The notes below the pieces were generated by a model. That model did no database searches, was not told the DNA's origin, and saw only the letters and a list, made by a program, of their open reading frames with translations. From positions 8,811 to 72,810 of the forward strand of contig JAUXVF010000020.1 of NCBI GenBank assembly GCA_030680355.1: 64,000 bases of DNA, read 5' to 3'. A program made the translations under genes and the position numbers. Source of the DNA: Caulobacter sp. Lineage in GTDB: Bacteria; Pseudomonadota; Alphaproteobacteria; Caulobacterales; Caulobacteraceae. Each line of letters opens with the position of its first letter. The first letter of the stretch is position 1. Shown in pieces: positions 1 through 11,506 of the stretch.

Positions 1-318
1 GACATCCTCGAACTCTTCCTGGCCGACGAGGCGACCAAGTCGATCGTCATGATCGGCGAGATCGGCGGCAGCGCCGAAGAAGACGCGGCCCAGTTCCTGA
101 TCGACGAAGCCAAGCGCGGCCGCAAGAAGCCGATGGTCGGCTTCATCGCCGGCCGCACGGCCCCTCCCGGCCGTCAGATGGGCCATGCCGGCGCCATCGT
201 GTCGGGCGGCAAGGGCGGCGCCGAGGACAAGATCGCGGCCATGGAGGCCGCGGGCATCCGCGTGTCGCCGTCGCCGGCCACCCTGGGCGTGACCCTGGTC
301 GACGTCCTCAAGGGCTAG
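1..318 (+). CDS. sucD: succinate--CoA ligase subunit alpha, C-terminal fragment (5' end lies outside the window)
   Basis: Frame 1 is open from base 1. The translation ...[15 protein letters not shown]...[28 protein letters not shown] matches the conserved SucD C-terminus. sucA and sucB follow. Confidence 0.93.
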   Translation, partial: DILELFLADEATKSIVMIGEIGGSAEEDAAQFLIDEAKRGRKKPMVGFIAGRTAPPGRQMGHAGAIVSGGKGGAEDKIAAMEAAGIRVSPSPATLGVTLVDVLKG

Positions 319-335
319 GACGACACCGGCCGCTG

Positions 336-375
336 AAAAAAACCGCCCCGGCGCCGTCCGGGGCGGTTCTTTTTC
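336..375 (+). terminator. intrinsic terminator after sucD
   Basis: A-run, then stem CCGCCCCGG (343-351), loop cgccgt, stem CCGGGGCGG (358-366), then TTCTTTTTC. Confidence 0.85.
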
Positions 376-503
376 GGGCCCATAGGGCGCAGAACCCAAA
401 AAACGTCTTCTTCTCCCCTTTCAGGGGAGTGAGCCGCGGTTAATAGAGACTATATACCCCGGCAGTTAGACAGCTCTGACCCGGAGCTGAAGGCGCGAGA
501 CCG

Positions 504-3458
504 ATGGCGGACGACGCAGGCATTTTTAATCAGGTTCTGACCGAAACCTCCTTCCTGTACGGCGGCAACGCCGCCTTCGTGGAAGATCTTCACACCCGCT
601 GGGCGGACAATCCGTCCTCGGTTGATTCGTCCTGGCAGGCCTTCTTCGCCTCGCTCTCCGACCGCGCCGACGAGATCAAGGCCGCGGCGGTCAAGCCGGC
701 CTGGTCGCCCAACCCGACCCCGACGCAACGACCTGAATGGCTGTCGGCCATCGACGGCCTGTGGCCGGCGGTCGAGGCCAAGCTCGGCAAGTCGATCGAG
801 GTCCGCACCGCTGGCGCGCCGTCGGCCGACGTCCGGGCCGCCACCCTCGATTCCCTGCGCGCCATCATGATGATCCGGGCCTACCGGATGCGCGGGCATC
901 TGCGCGCCAACCTGGACCCGCTGGGCATCGCGGTGCCGCCGGGCGACGCCACCGAGCTGGATCCGGCCAGCTACGGCTTCACCGAAGCCGACTACGATCA
1001 CCCCATCTTCCTCGACTTCGTGCTGGGACTGGAGACGGCGACCCTGCGCGAGATCCTCGAGATCGTGCGCCGGACCTACTGCGGCAATGTCGGCGTGCAG
1101 TACATGCACATCTCCAATCCCGAGGAGAAGGGCTGGCTGCAGGAGCGGATCGAGGGCCGCGACAAGGAGATCGTCTTCACCGTCGAGGGCAAGATCGCCA
1201 TCCTCAAGAAGCTGATCGAAGGGGAGTGTTTCGAACGCTTCCTGCATCGGCGCTTCCCGGGCACCAAGCGGTTCGGCCTGGACGGCGGCGAGGCGGCCAT
1301 GCCGGCCCTCGAACAGATCATCAAGCGCGGCGGCGCCCTGGGCGTGAAGGACATCGTGCTGGGCATGCCCCACCGCGGCCGTCTGAACGTCCTGGCCGCC
1401 GTGATGGGCAAACCCTACCACGTCATCTTCCACGAGTTTCAGGGCGGCTCGTCGCTGCCCTCGGACATCGAGGGTTCGGGCGACGTCAAATATCACATGG
1501 GCGCCTCGTCGGACCGCACCTTCGATGACAACAAGGTCCACCTGTCGCTGACGGCCAACCCCAGCCACCTGGAAATCGTCAACCCTGTGGTGCTGGGCAA
1601 GTCGCGGGCGAAACAGGCCTTTACCCTGCGCGAGACGCCCGACGCCGGCCGCGGCCACGTCCTGCCGCTGCTCCTGCATGGCGACGCCGCCTTCGCCGGC
1701 CAGGGCGTGATCGCCGAATGCTTCACCCTGTCGGGCCTGAAGGGCTACCGCACGGGCGGCACCGTCCACTTCATCGTCAACAACCAGATCGGCTTCACCA
1801 CCGATCCGCGCTTCTCGCGCACCAGCCCCTATCCGTCGGACGTGGCGCTGATGGTCGAGGCGCCGATCTTCCACGCCAACGGCGATGATCCCGAGGCCGT
1901 CGTCTTCGCCGCCAAGGTGGCCACCGAGTATCGTCAGATGTTCGGCAAGGACGTGGTCATCGACATGTTCTGCTACCGGCGCTTTGGTCACAACGAGGGG
2001 GACGACCCCACGATGACCCAGCCGCTGATGTACGCCAAGATCAAGGGCCACCCCTCGACGCGGGAGCTCTACTCCCAGCGGCTGGTGGAAGAGGGCCTGA
2101 TCACCGAGGCCGACGTCACTGGCTGGATCGCCGAGTTCGACGCCTTCCTCGACGCCGAGTTCGAGGCCGGCAAGACCTACAAGGCCAACAAGGCCGACTG
2201 GCTGGACGGCAAATGGGCCGGCCTGGTCGGATCGGGCGACGAAGACCGTCGCGGCCAGACCGGCGTCTCGCGCCAGAAGCTGGTCGACCTGGGTCGGGCG
2301 GTCACCTCCATCCCGGCCGACGTCGATGCGCACAAGACGGTTCGCCGGGTCATCGAAGCCCGTCACGCGGCGATCGAGGCCGGCGACGGCATTGACTGGG
2401 GCACCGCCGAACATCTGGCCTTCGCCACCCTGCTGGACGAGGGCATCCCCGTCCGCCTGTCGGGTCAGGACAGCGTGCGCGGCACCTTCACCCAGCGCCA
2501 TTCGGACCTGATCGACCAGACCACCGAGGAGCACTACACGCCCCTCAACAACCTGCGTCCGGGCCAGGCCCATTACGAAGTCATCGACTCGGCCCTGTCG
2601 GAAGAGGCGGTGCTGGGCTTCGAATACGGCTTCAGCCTCGCCGACCCCAACACCCTGACCCTGTGGGAAGCCCAGTTCGGCGACTTCGTGAACGGCGCCC
2701 AGGTGGTCATCGACCAGTTCATCAGCTCGGGCGAACGCAAATGGCTGCGCATGAGCGGCCTGGTCATGCTGTTGCCCCACGGCTACGAGGGCCAGGGTCC
2801 CGAGCACAGCTCGGCCCGCCTCGAGCGCTTCCTGCAGTCCTGCGCCGAGGACAACATGCAGGTGGTCAACTGCTCGACCCCGGCCAACTATTTCCACGCG
2901 CTGCGCCGGCAGATGCACCGCGAATACCGCAAGCCGCTGATCGTCATGACGCCCAAGAGCCTGCTGCGTCACAAGAAGGCGGTCAGTTCGCTCTCCGACA
3001 TGGACGAGACCTCCTCCTTCCACCGCGTGATGGTCGACGGGGCCGAGGCCGGCTGTGACGTCGGGGGGATCAAGCTCAAGCCCGACGCCGAGATCACCCG
3101 CATCGTGATGTGCTCGGGCAAGGTCTATTTCGATCTCGTCGACGCCCGCGCCAAGGCCGGTCGCGACGACATCTACCTGCTGCGGCTCGAGCAGTTCTAT
3201 CCCTGGCCGATGAAGTCGGTGATGACCGAACTGGCTCGCTTTGAGAACGCCGAGCTGGTCTGGTGCCAGGAAGAGCCCAAGAACATGGGCGGCTGGACCT
3301 TCGTCGATCCCTGGCTCGAACTGACCCTGGACCGCATGACGATCAAGGCCAAGCGCGCCCGCTACGTGGGTCGCCCCGCCTCCGCCTCGACCGCCGCCGG
3401 CCTGATGAGCCGGCACCTGAAAGAACTCGAGACCTTCCTGGCCGACGCCCTCGCCTGA
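504..3458 (+). CDS. sucA: 2-oxoglutarate dehydrogenase E1 component
   Basis: 984-aa ORF with an ATG start. N-terminus [14 protein letters not shown]..., internal motifs [11 protein letters not shown] and [11 protein letters not shown], and length are typical of SucA. It lies between sucD and sucB. Confidence 0.97.
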   Translation: MADDAGIFNQVLTETSFLYGGNAAFVEDLHTRWADNPSSVDSSWQAFFASLSDRADEIKAAAVKPAWSPNPTPTQRPEWLSAIDGLWPAVEAKLGKSIEVRTAGAPSADVRAATLDSLRAIMMIRAYRMRGHLRANLDPLGIAVPPGDATELDPASYGFTEADYDHPIFLDFVLGLETATLREILEIVRRTYCGNVGVQYMHISNPEEKGWLQERIEGRDKEIVFTVEGKIAILKKLIEGECFERFLHRRFPGTKRFGLDGGEAAMPALEQIIKRGGALGVKDIVLGMPHRGRLNVLAAVMGKPYHVIFHEFQGGSSLPSDIEGSGDVKYHMGASSDRTFDDNKVHLSLTANPSHLEIVNPVVLGKSRAKQAFTLRETPDAGRGHVLPLLLHGDAAFAGQGVIAECFTLSGLKGYRTGGTVHFIVNNQIGFTTDPRFSRTSPYPSDVALMVEAPIFHANGDDPEAVVFAAKVATEYRQMFGKDVVIDMFCYRRFGHNEGDDPTMTQPLMYAKIKGHPSTRELYSQRLVEEGLITEADVTGWIAEFDAFLDAEFEAGKTYKANKADWLDGKWAGLVGSGDEDRRGQTGVSRQKLVDLGRAVTSIPADVDAHKTVRRVIEARHAAIEAGDGIDWGTAEHLAFATLLDEGIPVRLSGQDSVRGTFTQRHSDLIDQTTEEHYTPLNNLRPGQAHYEVIDSALSEEAVLGFEYGFSLADPNTLTLWEAQFGDFVNGAQVVIDQFISSGERKWLRMSGLVMLLPHGYEGQGPEHSSARLERFLQSCAEDNMQVVNCSTPANYFHALRRQMHREYRKPLIVMTPKSLLRHKKAVSSLSDMDETSSFHRVMVDGAEAGCDVGGIKLKPDAEITRIVMCSGKVYFDLVDARAKAGRDDIYLLRLEQFYPWPMKSVMTELARFENAELVWCQEEPKNMGGWTFVDPWLELTLDRMTIKAKRARYVGRPASASTAAGLMSRHLKELETFLADALA

Positions 3459-3499
3459 CGCGACGCTCGCCTCCGAGACTGAAAGAAGAGACCAGACCC

Positions 3500-4765
<1,266 letters not shown>

Positions 4766-4883
4766 TCCCCGACCGCCGGCGTCGTCCGGCGGGCGAGTGG
4801 GTTTGACCAAACGCCGGTTTCCGACCTAGCGTCCGCGCCAGAAGGCCGCCAAAGCGCGGCCGATGCTCGGGGGAGCAAACGTC

Positions 4884-5294
4884 ATGAAGGTTCTACGATG
4901 GGTGCTTGGCGCGCTCGCGCTGGCCTATGTCGGCATGAGCGGCCTGATGGCCGGCCTCAACGCCCTCCACAAACTCGGCCGGCTGACCACCGTCCCGGCC
5001 GATCTGCAGCGCATGGTTCCACTGTGGGACGCCACGCCCTGGTGGCAGCTCGCGGTCTGGGGCGCGTCGCTGCTCCTGATGCTGATCGTGGCCTGGCGGC
5101 TGTTCACCGGCGGCCGGGCCTTCGGCGTCTACGTCCTGGCCGTGGCCGCCAATATCGCCGGCTGGTGGTTCATGCAGAGCCAGGCCGCCTATCAGACCGT
5201 CTTCACCGCGGCCGAGCTGCAGTATGACTATTATTCGATCGGCGCCCTGATCGTGGTCGGGATCATCATCTGGTTGACCGAACGCGGCAAATAG
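4884..5294 (+). CDS. small integral membrane protein, function unknown
   Basis: ORF 4863-5294 (ATG at 4884 gives MKVLRWVLGALALAYV...). About four hydrophobic segments. Inserted between sucB and lpdA. No recognisable domain. Confidence 0.6.
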   Translation: MKVLRWVLGALALAYVGMSGLMAGLNALHKLGRLTTVPADLQRMVPLWDATPWWQLAVWGASLLLMLIVAWRLFTGGRAFGVYVLAVAANIAGWWFMQSQAAYQTVFTAAELQYDYYSIGALIVVGIIIWLTERGK

Positions 5295-5298
5295 CGAT

Positions 5299-5347
5299 CC
5301 GGGACCGGAACGGCGGGGGTCATCCCCGCCGTTCTCCCGGCTTTTTG
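5299..5347 (+). terminator. intrinsic terminator after the membrane-protein gene
   Basis: GAACGGCGGGG / CCCCGCCGTTC 11-bp stem, extended by CCGGGA/TCCCGG, loop gtcat, followed by CTTTTTGG. Confidence 0.8.
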
Positions 5348-5453
5348 GCTTCGGTCGGTTGACCTTGGGGCCCGACGACGTAAACCGCCTCGCGCAGAGG
5401 GCCGGCGCGCCCCATATTGACCTGCGTAGATTCAGACCAAGGCGGTTCATCCC

Positions 5454-6854
5454 ATGGCTCAGTACGACGTCATCATCATCGGCGGCGGCCCCGGCGGCTA
5501 CAACGCGGCGATCCGCGCCGGCCAGCTGGGCCTGAAGGTCGGCGTCGTCGAGGGTCGAGAGACCCTGGGCGGCGTCTGTCTGAACGTCGGCTGCATGCCG
5601 TCCAAGGCCCTGCTGCATGCCTCCGAACTGTTCGCGGCGGCCAGCGGCGGCGAGTTCGCCAAGCTCGGCATCGACGTCAAACCCAAACTCAACCTGGCCC
5701 AGATGATGGCCCAGAAGGACGAGAGCGTCACCTCCCTGACCAAGGGCATCGAGTTCCTGTTCAAGAAGAACAAGGTCGAATGGATCAAGGGCTGGGGCCG
5801 GATCGCCGGGCCCGGCAAGGTCGTCGTCAAGGCCGTCGACGGCGCCGAGACCACGCTGGAAGCCAAAAACATCCTCGTCGCCACCGGCTCGGAGCCGACG
5901 CCCCTGCCGGGCGTGGCGGTCGACAACAAGCGGATCGTCGATTCCACCGGCGCCCTGTCGTTGCCGGAAGTCCCTGGCCATCTGGTGGTCATCGGCGCCG
6001 GCGTCATCGGCCTGGAGCTGGGCAGCGTCTGGCGCCGTCTGGGCGCGGAGGTCACCGTCGTCGAATACCTCGACCGCATCTGCCCGGGCATGGACGAGGA
6101 GACCGCCAAGACCTTCCAGCGGTCCCTGACCAAACAGGGCTTCAAGTTCCAGCTCGGCCAGAAGGTCACCGGAGCCAAGGCCAGCGCCAGTGGCGTGGCG
6201 GTGACCCTGGAGCCGGTCGCCGGCGGCCCGGCCCAGACCCTGGAAGCCAACTATGTGCTGGTGGCCATCGGCCGCCGTCCGTTCACCGAGGGCCTCGGCC
6301 TGGAGACGGTGGGCGTGGTTCCCGACAAGCGCGGCATGATCGCCAACGACCATTTCAGGACCAGCGCCGACGGCGTCTGGGTGGTCGGCGACGTGACCAG
6401 CGGTCCGATGCTGGCCCACAAGGCCGAGGACGAGGGCGTCGCCTGTATCGAGCTGATGGCCGGCAAGGCCGGTCATGTGAACTACGACCTGATCCCCGGC
6501 GTCATCTACACCGCCCCGGAAGTGGCCACGGTCGGCAAGACCGAGGAAGAGCTCAAGGCGGCGGGCGTCACCTACAAGGTCGGCAAGTTCCCCTTCGCCG
6601 CCAACAGCCGGGCCAAGATCAACCATGAGACCGAGGGCTTCGTGAAGGTGCTGGCCGACGCCAAGACCGACCGCATCCTCGGCGTCCATATGATCGGCCC
6701 CAACGTCGGGGACATGATCGCCGAATTCTGCGTGGCCATGGAGTTCTCGGCCTCATCCGAGGACGTCGCCCGCACCTGCCACCCGCACCCGACCCGCTCC
6801 GAGGCCCTGCGCCAGGCGGCCATGGGCGTCGAAGGCTGGACGATGCAGGCCTAG
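5454..6854 (+). CDS. lpdA: dihydrolipoyl dehydrogenase (E3)
   Basis: 466 aa. Contains GGGPGGY (FAD), the redox-active disulfide [13 protein letters not shown], and C-terminal HPHPTRSE. Confidence 0.97.
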   Translation: MAQYDVIIIGGGPGGYNAAIRAGQLGLKVGVVEGRETLGGVCLNVGCMPSKALLHASELFAAASGGEFAKLGIDVKPKLNLAQMMAQKDESVTSLTKGIEFLFKKNKVEWIKGWGRIAGPGKVVVKAVDGAETTLEAKNILVATGSEPTPLPGVAVDNKRIVDSTGALSLPEVPGHLVVIGAGVIGLELGSVWRRLGAEVTVVEYLDRICPGMDEETAKTFQRSLTKQGFKFQLGQKVTGAKASASGVAVTLEPVAGGPAQTLEANYVLVAIGRRPFTEGLGLETVGVVPDKRGMIANDHFRTSADGVWVVGDVTSGPMLAHKAEDEGVACIELMAGKAGHVNYDLIPGVIYTAPEVATVGKTEEELKAAGVTYKVGKFPFAANSRAKINHETEGFVKVLADAKTDRILGVHMIGPNVGDMIAEFCVAMEFSASSEDVARTCHPHPTRSEALRQAAMGVEGWTMQA

Positions 6855-7171
6855 TGGCCCTCTACGTCGTCACCTACAGCCACCCCGACGCCGAGGGCTG
6901 GGCCAGACATGTCATGGCCCATGTCGACTATCTCCAGGCCCTGCTGAAACAGGGCGTCCTGCGCGCCTCCGGCCCCTTCGTCGGGACGCCGGATCGCTCG
7001 GCCATGCTGGTCATGGCGGCGGACAATCAGCAGGCGCTGCTGGAGATCATCAGCCAGGACCCCTTCGCCATCGAGGGCCTGATCCACGACATGACGATCA
7101 GCGAATGGGACCCGATCTTCGGCGCCTTCAACGCTGACTCCAGCTACGCGGGCAGGGCGCCGGGCGGGTGA
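6854..7171 (+). CDS. YciI-family protein
   Basis: 105-aa ORF with a GTG start overlapping the lpdA stop. The size and the pattern MALYVVTYSH...HVDYL...G.L..SGPF resemble the YciI family. Assigned from memory of the family, not from a search. Confidence 0.6.
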   Translation: MALYVVTYSHPDAEGWARHVMAHVDYLQALLKQGVLRASGPFVGTPDRSAMLVMAADNQQALLEIISQDPFAIEGLIHDMTISEWDPIFGAFNADSSYAGRAPGG

Positions 7172-7270
7172 CGCTTCGAGTCCCTTGCCTCCCCGTTGAT
7201 CCCCGCTAGCCTTCACCGCCATGCACGGGGAGGCGATCATGGCCAGAAACAGCGAACGGGTCGCCGCCTG

Positions 7271-7744
7271 ATGCCGGCGGCGGCCAGCCTGCGGATCCGC
7301 GTCGCCCGGCCGGACGAACTGGCGACCTGCGCCGCCCTCTACGAGACGGTTGGCCGCGAGGTCTTCACCTGGTGGCCGGTCGCGGAGATCCAGGCCTCGG
7401 CCATGATGGCGGCCTTCGAGGAAGAGGCGGTCCATGTCGCCCTGCTCGACGGCGAGATCGTCGGTTTCGCCAGCCTCTATCGCCCCGACAGCTTTCTGCA
7501 TTCGCTCTACCTGGCGGCTTCGGCGCGGGGGCGGGGCGTCGGCTCGGCGCTTCTCGACCATGTGGCGAAACAGGCGGTCGGGCCATTGTCGCTGAAGGTC
7601 CAGAAGCTCAACACGCCGGCGATCGCCTTCTATCAGCGCCGCGGATTCCGGACGGTTGATGACGGCGGCGCGGAGGAACCAGGCGGCGGCTGGTTCCGCA
7701 TGCGCCGGGACGGCCCGGCTCATTGTGGGGACAATAAGCGCTAG
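7271..7744 (+). CDS. GNAT-family N-acetyltransferase
   Basis: Trimmed to ATG 7271 (MPAAASLRIRVARPDEL). Acetyl-CoA motif RGRGVGSALLDH and C-terminal AIAFYQRRGF. Confidence 0.8.
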   Translation: MPAAASLRIRVARPDELATCAALYETVGREVFTWWPVAEIQASAMMAAFEEEAVHVALLDGEIVGFASLYRPDSFLHSLYLAASARGRGVGSALLDHVAKQAVGPLSLKVQKLNTPAIAFYQRRGFRTVDDGGAEEPGGGWFRMRRDGPAHCGDNKR

Positions 7745-7797
7745 CCGAAGTCCCGTACCGGTGTTCACTGTACCGGCGAACCCGCCGGGAGAGTCGT

Positions 7798-9156
7798 GTG
7801 TCGCTTGAGTCCGAGGCCCCCGGGCCGTCCGCCACGTTCATGGGCCACCCGCGCGGTCTGCTGTTCCTGAGCTTCACCGAGGTCTGGGAACGCTTCTCGT
7901 TCTACGGGATGCAGGCCCTGCTGATGCTCTACATGGTCGACCAGGCGCTGACGCCCGGCCATATCGACGACATTCTGGGCATGAACGCCTTTCGGGGCGT
8001 GCTCGAGGGGGTCTTCGGCCCCCTGTCGACCCAGGCCTTCGCCTCGCAGATTTTCGGCCTCTACACCGGCATCGTCTATCTGACGCCGGTGGTCGGCGGC
8101 TGGCTCGGCGACCAGGTGCTGGGCCAGAAGCGCACGGTGATGATCGGGGCGCTGCTGATGGCGCTCGGCCATCTGCTGATGGCTTTCGAGGCGTCCTTCC
8201 TGATCGCCATGATCCTTCTGGTGCTCGGCAGCGGCTGTATGAAGGGCAACATCTCGGCCCAGGTGGGCGGCCTCTACACGCGTGATGATCCAAAGCGGAC
8301 CTCGGCGTTTTCGATCTTCAACCTGGCGATCAATATCGGCGGGTTCGCCGCGCCTCTGGCCTGCGGCACCATCGGCGAGCTGTACGGCTGGCACTACGGC
8401 TTTGGTCTGGCGGCCATCGGCATGCTGATCGGGGTGACGATCTACGCCCTCGGCATCCGCCACATGCCGGCCGATACGCTCAAGCCGAAAGGCCATGACC
8501 GGCCCAAGCTCCACGCCAGCGACACGCCGGTCCTGCTGGCTCTCGGCGTGGTGCTGGTCCTGGGCACCTTCTACGGCGTCGCCTATTCCCAGGAGTTCAA
8601 CGTCTTCAACCTCTGGGCCCGGTCCTACACCGACCTGCATATCTTTGGCTTCGCCATGCCGGTGACCTGGTACCCGTCGTTCGACGGCCTGTTCATCGTC
8701 ACCCTGACCCCGCTGGCCATGCGCTACTGGGCCTGGCAGATCGGCCGGGGCAAGGGCACCAATGACCTGACCAAGATCGGCTGGAGCGGCCTGATGGGCG
8801 CGGTCGGCATGCTGTCGCTGGTCGCCGCCTCGATGATCGCGGCCAATGGCGGCAGCCCCGGGGTCGGCTGGGGCGCGTTCTGCTTCTTCATGTTCGCCCT
8901 CGGCTTTCTGTACAACTGGCCGACCACCCTGGCGCTGTGCTCGCGCGTTGCTCCGCCGGCGATCAGCGGCCTGATCATGGGCGTCGCCTTCCTGACCGCC
9001 TTTGTCTCGAACTACGCCGCCGGCTGGATCGGCGGCTATTACGAGAAAATGGCGCCGCAGGACTTCTGGCTGATGCACGCCGGCATTTCGGCGGCGGGCA
9101 GTTTGCTGACCTTCGCCCTCTACCGGCCGCTGAAACGGGCGTTGAGCCTGAAGTAG
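7798..9156 (+). CDS. POT/PTR2-family di-/tripeptide:proton symporter
   Basis: 452 aa. N-terminal PTR2 signature GHPRGLLFLSFTEVWERFSFYGMQALLMLYM and many TM segments. GTG start; an alternative ATG lies at 7840. Confidence 0.9.
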   Translation: MSLESEAPGPSATFMGHPRGLLFLSFTEVWERFSFYGMQALLMLYMVDQALTPGHIDDILGMNAFRGVLEGVFGPLSTQAFASQIFGLYTGIVYLTPVVGGWLGDQVLGQKRTVMIGALLMALGHLLMAFEASFLIAMILLVLGSGCMKGNISAQVGGLYTRDDPKRTSAFSIFNLAINIGGFAAPLACGTIGELYGWHYGFGLAAIGMLIGVTIYALGIRHMPADTLKPKGHDRPKLHASDTPVLLALGVVLVLGTFYGVAYSQEFNVFNLWARSYTDLHIFGFAMPVTWYPSFDGLFIVTLTPLAMRYWAWQIGRGKGTNDLTKIGWSGLMGAVGMLSLVAASMIAANGGSPGVGWGAFCFFMFALGFLYNWPTTLALCSRVAPPAISGLIMGVAFLTAFVSNYAAGWIGGYYEKMAPQDFWLMHAGISAAGSLLTFALYRPLKRALSLK

Positions 9157-9159
9157 GGC

Positions 9160-10086
9160 CTAGGCGCGCGGATGGGCTCTGGCGTAGGCGCCGAGTAGCG
9201 CTTCCGCGTCGACCGCCGTGTATTTCTGTGTCGTCGACAGAGAGGCGTGGCCGAGCAGTTCCTGGATCGAACGCAGATCGGCGCCGGCGCCCAGCAGGTG
9301 GGTGGCGAAGCTGTGGCGCAGGGCGTGCGGCGTGGCCCGCTCCGACAGGCCGAGGCGCCCGCGCAGGGCCTGCATGGTCGCCTGCACATGGCGCGGGCTC
9401 AGGGGCCCGCCGCGCACCGCCCGGAACAGCGGCTCGTCCGGCGAAGCGGCGAAGGGCAGGGCGGCCAGATAGGCGTCGACCGTCTCGCGCACGACGGGCA
9501 GCACCGGCACGATGCGGGTCTTGCCGCCCTTGCCGGTGATGCGCAGGGCCTCGCCCAGCGGCGCGTCGACGCGTTTCAGCGACAGGGCCTCGGAGATCCG
9601 CAGGCCGCAGCCCCAGAGCAGGGTCAGCACCGCTTCGTCGCGCAGCGCCTGCCAGCCGTCGCGGTCGGGATCCTGGGCCGCCTCTTCGATCAGGCCGCGG
9701 GCCTGGTCTTCCGACACCGGCCGCGGCGCGCCGGGCTTGACCCGGGGGCCCCGGACCAGGGCCAGGGCGGCGTTGGGAACCCCCAGCCGCCGGTCGAGAT
9801 AACCATGGAAGGACCGCACCGCCGACAGGGCCTGGGACACCGACCGCGCCGCCAGCGGCCGCTCGCCGTCTCGCCGGTGGGCCAGGTAGGCGCGCAGCTC
9901 GGCGGCGCTGATCGTGCCGGTGTCGGCGACGGTCAGAGTCTCGGCCCGATGCTGCTCAAGAAAAGTCAAATAGGGCGACACCGCGCCCAGATAGGCCTCG
10001 ATCGTTCGTGGCGAGACTCGGCGCTCGTTGGCCAGATGGTCCAGCCAGGCGGCCATGGCCTCGCGGGCGGTCACAGCACCGGCCAT
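9160..10086 (-). CDS. xerC: tyrosine recombinase XerC
   Basis: 308 aa. Catalytic region HALRHSFATHLL...GADLRSIQELLGHASLSTTQKYT. Lies immediately downstream of a DUF484 gene, the usual xerC context. Confidence 0.9.
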   Translation of the reverse strand: MAGAVTAREAMAAWLDHLANERRVSPRTIEAYLGAVSPYLTFLEQHRAETLTVADTGTISAAELRAYLAHRRDGERPLAARSVSQALSAVRSFHGYLDRRLGVPNAALALVRGPRVKPGAPRPVSEDQARGLIEEAAQDPDRDGWQALRDEAVLTLLWGCGLRISEALSLKRVDAPLGEALRITGKGGKTRIVPVLPVVRETVDAYLAALPFAASPDEPLFRAVRGGPLSPRHVQATMQALRGRLGLSERATPHALRHSFATHLLGAGADLRSIQELLGHASLSTTQKYTAVDAEALLGAYARAHPRA

Positions 10087-10739
10087 CGCTCGGCCGTCCG
10101 TTCCACAACCCGGCCGAGGAAGGCGACCAGCTCGGCGCCCATGTCGGCGGTGAAGCCCTTTTCGTCGGGCGAGCCGAAGGCCAGCACGCCTTGCCGGGCC
10201 GGCTCCCAGATGGCCAGCCGGACCATGGCCATCGACCGGACATGTTCGGCCTTGGCCCCGAACAGCCCCAGGGCCGGGGCATGGAAGCCCATACGGTCCA
10301 GCTTGCGCGGACCCAGGATCAGGTCGGCCTGTCCCTCGACCAGGGCGTGCCAGCCGGCGGGCGCCCGGCCGGGCCCTTCGATGGCGATGGTGGCGGTGAC
10401 CAGACCAAAACGCAGGCTGGCCAGATCGTCGACCCGGCGGGCGAGGTCGGAATGGTTGCGGGCCTCGAGCAGGTCGATGACGGCGGCGTGGATCTGGGCC
10501 TGGGCGGCGAAATTGGCCCGCGCCATGGCTTCCAGCTTCTTGCGCACCGAGGATTCCCGCCGGTGCGCCTCGCTGACCCTGGCCAGGGCGGCCGGGCCGA
10601 AATCAACCAGGTTGGCGGCGTCGACCCTCAGGCCGAGATCGGCCAGCAGCTCGGGGTCGTCGCGAATCAGGTCGGGATGGGATCGCAGCACCCGCCGAAG
10701 CTCTTCGGCCGGTGAATCCAGTTTCTGCGCAGTGTTCAT
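10071..10739 (-). CDS. DUF484-family protein
   Basis: 222 aa, overlapping the xerC start by 16 nt. The conserved DUF484-xerC gene pairing and the GAF-like C-terminal half fit the family. Confidence 0.75.
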   Translation of the reverse strand: MNTAQKLDSPAEELRRVLRSHPDLIRDDPELLADLGLRVDAANLVDFGPAALARVSEAHRRESSVRKKLEAMARANFAAQAQIHAAVIDLLEARNHSDLARRVDDLASLRFGLVTATIAIEGPGRAPAGWHALVEGQADLILGPRKLDRMGFHAPALGLFGAKAEHVRSMAMVRLAIWEPARQGVLAFGSPDEKGFTADMGAELVAFLGRVVERTAERWPVL

Positions 10740-10813
10740 ATCGTCCCCAATCCCGGTCCTGCCCTGGCCAGGCCGGACGTCGGGACGGTCGGAAACCGCG
10801 CGCGCCGGATGGC

Positions 10814-11467
10814 CTAGAGGATGGACTGGCCCGTCTTGGCCCAGTCCGCCATGAACTGTTCAAGACCCTTGTCGGTTAACGGGTGCTTGAAGAGGGCCTC
10901 GAAAGTGGCCGGCGGGATGGTCGCGCAGTCGGCTCCGGCGATGGCCGCATCCTTGACGTGGACGGGCGTGCGGATCGAGGCGGCGAGGATTTCGGTGTCG
11001 TAGCCATAGTTGTCGTAGATCGCCCGGATCTCGCCAATCAGCTCCATGCCGTCGGCGCCGTGATCGTCGAGTCGGCCGATGAAGGGCGAGATGTAGGAGG
11101 CGCCGGCCTTGGCCGCGAGCAGGGCCTGGGCGGCCGAGAAACAGAGGGTGACGTTGGTCGAGATGCCCTCGATGGCGAATTGCCGGGTGGCGGTCAGGCC
11201 ATTGCGGGTCAGCGGCACCTTGACCACGACATTGGTGGCGATGGCGGCCAGCTTGCGGCCCTCGGCCAGCATGCCCTCGATGTCCATGGCGGCCACTTCG
11301 GCGCTGACAGGGCCCTCGACGATGGCGCAAATCTCGGCGATGACCTCGGCCATCGGACGACCGGACTTGGCGATCAGGGTCGGATTGGTGGTAACCCCGT
11401 CGACCAGGCCCGTGGTGGCGAGGTCCTTGAGGACGGCGGTGTCGGTGGTGTCGAGGAAGAGTTGCAT
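10814..11467 (-). CDS. fsa: fructose-6-phosphate aldolase / short-type transaldolase
   Basis: 217 aa from ATG 11467: [16 protein letters not shown]...GVTTNPTLI...NVVVKVP...[13 protein letters not shown]. The 601-aa track ORF is an upstream over-extension. Confidence 0.93.
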   Translation of the reverse strand: MQLFLDTTDTAVLKDLATTGLVDGVTTNPTLIAKSGRPMAEVIAEICAIVEGPVSAEVAAMDIEGMLAEGRKLAAIATNVVVKVPLTRNGLTATRQFAIEGISTNVTLCFSAAQALLAAKAGASYISPFIGRLDDHGADGMELIGEIRAIYDNYGYDTEILAASIRTPVHVKDAAIAGADCATIPPATFEALFKHPLTDKGLEQFMADWAKTGQSIL

Positions 11468-11506
11468 GAGCGAGGGTTTAGCGCCGTCGAGGGCGGGGCG
11501 CCAGTC

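Noticed and set aside
413-429. Small hairpin CTCCCC-tttca-GGGGAG between the sucD terminator and sucA
   Set aside because: The stem is 6 bp with no U-tract on the coding strand and no gene that it could terminate on the other strand. It is likely incidental or part of the sucA leader, and I cannot assign a function.
450-3416. 988-aa ORF antisense to sucA, with similar very long antisense or shifted ORFs at 4893-6689, 7765-9078, 9247-10854, 34659-36836, 44791-46449, 51188-52960 and 60515-62347
   Set aside because: Their translations are low-complexity Arg/Gly/Ala/Pro/Asp-rich strings with no motifs, and they mirror well-supported genes on the other strand. Such stop-free antisense frames are the expected artefact of very high GC content.
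4773-4792. Hairpin CCGCCGG-cgtcgt-CCGGCGG after sucB as a terminator
   Set aside because: The stem is only 7 bp and no U-run follows (GCGAGTGGGTTTG). That is too weak to call, and read-through into the membrane-protein gene is more likely.
9160-10739. Tyrosine recombinase as a possible integrase marking a mobile element or genomic island
   Set aside because: It has the XerC catalytic signature and the conserved DUF484-xerC housekeeping pairing. There is no adjacent tRNA, direct repeat, phage or transposase gene, or composition shift.
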